A DNA stretch of 48,648 nt, from positions 1 to 48,648 of IMG/VR virus record IMGVR_UViG_3300011444_000003, one strand, 5' to 3'. Position numbers and translations under genes: made by a program. Source of the stretch: a virus. Its lineage: Duplodnaviria > Caudoviricetes. The notes beneath the pieces were generated by a model. The model was given only the letters and a program-made list of their open reading frames with translations, did no database searches and was not told where the DNA came from. Each line of letters opens with the position of its first letter. The stretch's first letter is position 1. Positions 45,422-48,648 of the stretch are shown here, one piece after another.

Positions 45422-46101
45422 GGATCTCCATTCGACTGACGTAGGTGGGTTGGGAGCCAGCGCCCGATCGCTCGGGGGAGGGCCCGCCGCACATAGTAGC
45501 GGCTGTGTGCGTTGTCCCCTACCTGGCGCTCGGGGTTACCGACCACGTCGAGCGTGCCGTCGGCCACGAGGGCGTCGAGCACGATGCGCAGCGGGCCGGG
45601 GTTGCAGGGGATGGCGAGGCAGATAGCCGTCTGGGAGGGAAGGCGCCCGCCCTCGGGGACCGACCTGAGCCACCGCAGGACCTTGTGGGCCAGCGTGGTG
45701 TGGTGCCGGCTCCAGCGGTCGCCGTCGTTCGGTATGGGGGGCACTGAGCGCCCGTTCTGCGTGCCGGCGATGACGTCGAGCGGGTCGGCGCCCTTCAGCC
45801 CGCCTCGCTTCTCGATCGACCAGCGCTGCTGCGGGGTGAGCCCGCCACGGATGCCGTCCCGCTCGACGGAGTCGATGGCCAGGCCGTGCTCCTCGTAGAG
45901 CGCATGTTCGGCGCACTCGTAGCGGACGGGGCACAGGGCGCACACGGCCCGAGCGGCCTCGATCCCCTCCGCACTGGCCTCGATCTCCTCGCCGTCGCCC
46001 AGGGCGTCCTCGAAGAACATCCCTGGGGGTGCTCCAAGGCATTGAGCGTGGTCCAGCCAGTCGAAGTCGTTGCGCCAGCCGAAGCGGGTCACAGCATCCA
46101 C
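45418..46101 (-). CDS. whiB: WhiB-family Fe-S transcription factor fused to a GntR-like winged HTH (start may be GTG 46092)
   Basis: W...A.C...P..FF...A..VC..CPV..EC...AL...GIRGG.T..QR, then PEG.RLPS......C....R..L..L..DG. Confidence 0.85.
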   Translation of the reverse strand: MDAVTRFGWRNDFDWLDHAQCLGAPPGMFFEDALGDGEEIEASAEGIEAARAVCALCPVRYECAEHALYEEHGLAIDSVERDGIRGGLTPQQRWSIEKRGGLKGADPLDVIAGTQNGRSVPPIPNDGDRWSRHHTTLAHKVLRWLRSVPEGGRLPSQTAICLAIPCNPGPLRIVLDALVADGTLDVVGNPERQVGDNAHSRYYVRRALPRAIGRWLPTHLRQSNGDP

Positions 46102-46256
46102 TTTGTGAGGAACCAGCCCTCACCCGGCCAGTGTTCTAGGCCGTCCGGGTCGATCTCCATGATCTCGGCGTCGGACGGCGGGTTGTCCTGGTCGAAGTGC
46201 CACGCCTTCAGCGTGTAGCCGTTGCCCAGTTCGGCCGTCCGATCAGGCTCCCTCAT
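46089..46256 (-). CDS. 55-aa hypothetical protein (not in ORF track)
   Basis: GGAGG SD. MREPDRTAELGNGYTLKAWHFDQD...KWML fills the gap and overlaps the whiB start by GTGA. Confidence 0.55.
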   Translation of the reverse strand: MREPDRTAELGNGYTLKAWHFDQDNPPSDAEIMEIDPDGLEHWPGEGWFLTKWML

Positions 46257-47181
46257 CGTCATCGTCCTCCCACTCGATCATGTCGCCGTAGTCCTCACGG
46301 CCGAGCAGGGTACCCCAGCACTCGGACCGAGCGGGGCAGTGCCCGCAGTGCGCCCCGATGTTGGGCAGCGGGTCGGCGTTGGGGTCACCGTCTGTGATGT
46401 CCTGGCGCCGCTTGATGGCCTCGGCCACAATCAGGAGGGCCTCGTCGATCTGCGGCTGCTCCCGGCTGAGGAGGATGCGGTTGAAGGACTCGGCCGGCGG
46501 CCGCTCGATGCCGGGGTCCATCGCCTGGATGGCCTTGGCCTGGAGCCGCAGTTCCTTCTTGGTGACGCCGGCCACGTTGCCCATCTCGGCCTCGATCTCG
46601 GCCAGGGTGCGCTGCTTGGGCTTCCAACGGTACGTGTAAACGCCGTCGAACAGCACGCCGAGCACGGGCATCTCGGTGAGTTGCTGCACCCCGTGGGTGT
46701 ACAGCGTCTCCTGGAGCGTGACGTCCAGCAGGGCCAGCCGCCGCCGGCTGCCGTACGACTTCGTCTCCAGCACCCAGAGGGCGCCCCCCTGGTCCATGAT
46801 GACCTTGTCGACGTGGAACGTGAGGTCGACGCCCTCGACGGGGCTCGGGATGCGGCCCTCCATCTCGCTGGCGTAGAGGCTCAGGCCAGTGTCGCTCGGC
46901 GAGCGCCCGTAGACCTGGATGTAGCGGTCGATCAGCCAGAACAGCAGGTCGGCCTCCTCGCCGATCAGCCCGTAGGCCGTGGGCGTGAAGTAGCCAGGCA
47001 CCTCGTACCGGCCCCACCACCAGTCGTCGGTGAACAGGTGCCAGGACGTGCCGATGCGCAGGCCCTTGCCCTCCTGGTCGTAGCCCTGGCGGTAGGTGTA
47101 GTCCCACTGCCGCTCGCAGGTGGTCAGGGTGTCGATCTCGCTGTAGGAGATCGTGGCCGGATCGAACGTGCGGCCAGTCAT
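46243..47181 (-). CDS. PD-(D/E)XK (RecB/Cas4-like) exonuclease
   Basis: ISYS....C.R.W.Y, G...H, E...D...ETKS, Q..LY and C-terminal C..C.....C. Start ATG 47181. Confidence 0.82.
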   Translation of the reverse strand: MTGRTFDPATISYSEIDTLTTCERQWDYTYRQGYDQEGKGLRIGTSWHLFTDDWWWGRYEVPGYFTPTAYGLIGEEADLLFWLIDRYIQVYGRSPSDTGLSLYASEMEGRIPSPVEGVDLTFHVDKVIMDQGGALWVLETKSYGSRRRLALLDVTLQETLYTHGVQQLTEMPVLGVLFDGVYTYRWKPKQRTLAEIEAEMGNVAGVTKKELRLQAKAIQAMDPGIERPPAESFNRILLSREQPQIDEALLIVAEAIKRRQDITDGDPNADPLPNIGAHCGHCPARSECWGTLLGREDYGDMIEWEDDDDEGA

Positions 47182-47402
47182 GGCGTGAGCCTCAGCACCC
47201 GCTCGCCGGACTTGGTCGTGTGGCCGTGCCGGGCGCCGTCCTCGGTCAGGTGATCGAAGACCCAGGCGTATGCCTCGTCTTCGACCTCGATACCTTCGGC
47301 CTCCTCGGGCTCGCACTCGTACCCCCAGTTGCTGACGACGGGAAGGTCGTCAAACTCCTCGGGGATGGTCGCTACCAGTCTCTTGAACTCCGCAACCTTC
47401 AT
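47178..47402 (-). CDS. Small acidic hypothetical protein
   Basis: MKV.E...L...P.D.PV pattern. ATGA coupling downstream. Confidence 0.6.
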   Translation of the reverse strand: MKVAEFKRLVATIPEEFDDLPVVSNWGYECEPEEAEGIEVEDEAYAWVFDHLTEDGARHGHTTKSGERVLRLTP

Positions 47403-48648
47403 GCCAATGTCCCTTCACCAGGTCCTGCCAGGTCGCCCCGAGCAGGAGTTCCTTCACGTCCTTCTGCTGCCGGTTGGCCTCGGCGACCACCTCGTCGATG
47501 GTGTCCTCGGCCGTCAGGGCCCAGACGTTGACCGGGCGGGTCTGCCCCGAGCGCCAGAGGCGCCCGACAGCCTGCCGGTTCACGTCGTAGACCCAGTCCA
47601 GGTCAACGAAGATCAGGTTACGGGCATTCCGCTGAAGACCGTCGACCCCGACACCCAGGGCGGCGATGGTGCCCACAATGGCGCTGGCTTTCCCCTCGGC
47701 GAAGCGGTCCTTGTTGCGGTCTCGGTCTTCCTGCTTCAGCCGGCCCGTGTAAACGACCGAGCCCGGGATCTTGGCGGCGATGCGGTGCGCTGTCTCCTGG
47801 TTGGCGGTGAGCACCACGGCGGGCTCGTCGAGGTCGCCGACCAGTTCCACGGCCGCCTTCGCCTTCGAGGTGAGGCCGTCCTCGGGCTGGACGTCGGCCC
47901 AGCCGCTGACCAACTGGCGCAACCGTCCCTGGCGGGCGATGGCGAGGTCGGCCGAGATGAAGCCCTCGTCGTTGTCGGCCTCGACCCAGCCGTGCTCGGC
48001 CATCTGGTTGTAGACCTTGCGCTCGGCCGGCGCCAACGCCACGGCCAGGTTCGTCCAGATCGGCTCACTGCCCAACTCGGGCATGAGGTCCTCGATCGGC
48101 CGGTAGAGCAGCAGCCCGAGCATCTCCTGCTGGAGGATCTTCTCGTGGCCCGGCCGGATGGCGCCGACGATGCGCACGGGGAAACGGGTCGCCTTGCCGA
48201 AGGTGGTCGACTTCACGTAGAAGTGCTCCTCGGCCCACGGCCAGTACGCCGGCCAGCGGTGGCGGTCGATGAGGTGGAGCAGGGCCCAGAGTTCCTCGGC
48301 CCGGTTCATGACGGGGGTGCCGGTGACGGCCAGGAACGTGGTCGAGGCGGTCGACAGGCGGGACACGGCCCGGGAGATCTGGGAGGTGCGGTTCTTCAGC
48401 CGGTGCGCCTCGTCGAACACGAGGTTGCGAATCTTGGCCTTCAGCAGCCAGTCCACGTCACGGCGTACGGCCTCGTAGTTGGTGATGAGCGCCCCGCCAC
48501 GCTGAAGCCAAGAGTCAACAGCGGTCGTGCGGCGTTTGGCGCTGTCGGAGCCCCTGTACCAGGCCAGCGGCCAGTCGGGGACGGCGTCCTGGGCCTCGTG
48601 GGCCCAGTGGTGGAGGACGTTGGCCGGCGTCACGATCAGCGTGCGGCC
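47350..48648 (-). CDS. SNF2/SF2 helicase, C-terminal part (starts at 255 across the junction)
   Basis: NYE, DEAH, TGTP..N, GVGVDGLQ and QA.GR..R.GQ motifs. Confidence 0.9.
   Translation of the reverse strand, partial: GRTLIVTPANVLHHWAHEAQDAVPDWPLAWYRGSDSAKRRTTAVDSWLQRGGALITNYEAVRRDVDWLLKAKIRNLVFDEAHRLKNRTSQISRAVSRLSTASTTFLAVTGTPVMNRAEELWALLHLIDRHRWPAYWPWAEEHFYVKSTTFGKATRFPVRIVGAIRPGHEKILQQEMLGLLLYRPIEDLMPELGSEPIWTNLAVALAPAERKVYNQMAEHGWVEADNDEGFISADLAIARQGRLRQLVSGWADVQPEDGLTSKAKAAVELVGDLDEPAVVLTANQETAHRIAAKIPGSVVYTGRLKQEDRDRNKDRFAEGKASAIVGTIAALGVGVDGLQRNARNLIFVDLDWVYDVNRQAVGRLWRSGQTRPVNVWALTAEDTIDEVVAEANRQQKDVKELLLGATWQDLVKGHWHEGCGVQETGSDHPRGV
48526..48648. repeat. Direct terminal repeat, right copy
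   Basis: Identical to 1-123. Confidence 0.95.

Noticed and set aside
48526-48648. 123-bp repeat as a biological direct terminal repeat
   Set aside because: It falls mid-helicase and the ORF reads through the junction. This is typical of an assembler overlap on a circular or permuted contig.
1-48648. Lysogeny module (integrase, repressor, parAB), reverse transcriptase/DGR, or alternative genetic code
   Set aside because: No such motifs were recognised. Genes are intact in code 11 and all three stop codons are used as stops.

Overview
This window is an apparently complete, circularly assembled genome (48,525 bp plus a 123-bp end overlap, about 70% GC by eye) of a tailed dsDNA phage. WhiB and Pup homologues point to an Actinomycetota host. 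The virion looks podovirus-like: TerL, portal, scaffold, major capsid, adaptor, nozzle-like protein, two small ejection-type proteins and a 2,572-aa polyvalent protein, with no recognisable tape measure, tail tube or integrase. The genome has three arms. (i) A minus-strand virion/lysis arm, about 261-31232. (ii) A plus-strand early arm of small genes, 31667-37269. (iii) A minus-strand replication arm (SNF2 helicase, PD-(D/E)XK nuclease, WhiB, Sak4-like ATPase, SSB-like protein, prim-pol, PolA, EndoVII, nucleotide-metabolism enzymes) ending in a second small lysis/basic-protein cluster. The most notable observations are: a phage-encoded Pup (prokaryotic ubiquitin-like protein) ending in KSGE; 20 genes with a TAnnnT hexamer 6-7 nt before the start codon (leaderless promoters), 8 of which use the upstream gene's stop codon as the first half of the hexamer; eight copies of a covarying two-hairpin/ACU/SD element in front of early genes; 13 dispersed copies of GTGTAAACG; and two peptidoglycan hydrolases that both carry lipoprotein signals. 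All calls come from reading motifs by eye. No database searches were run.
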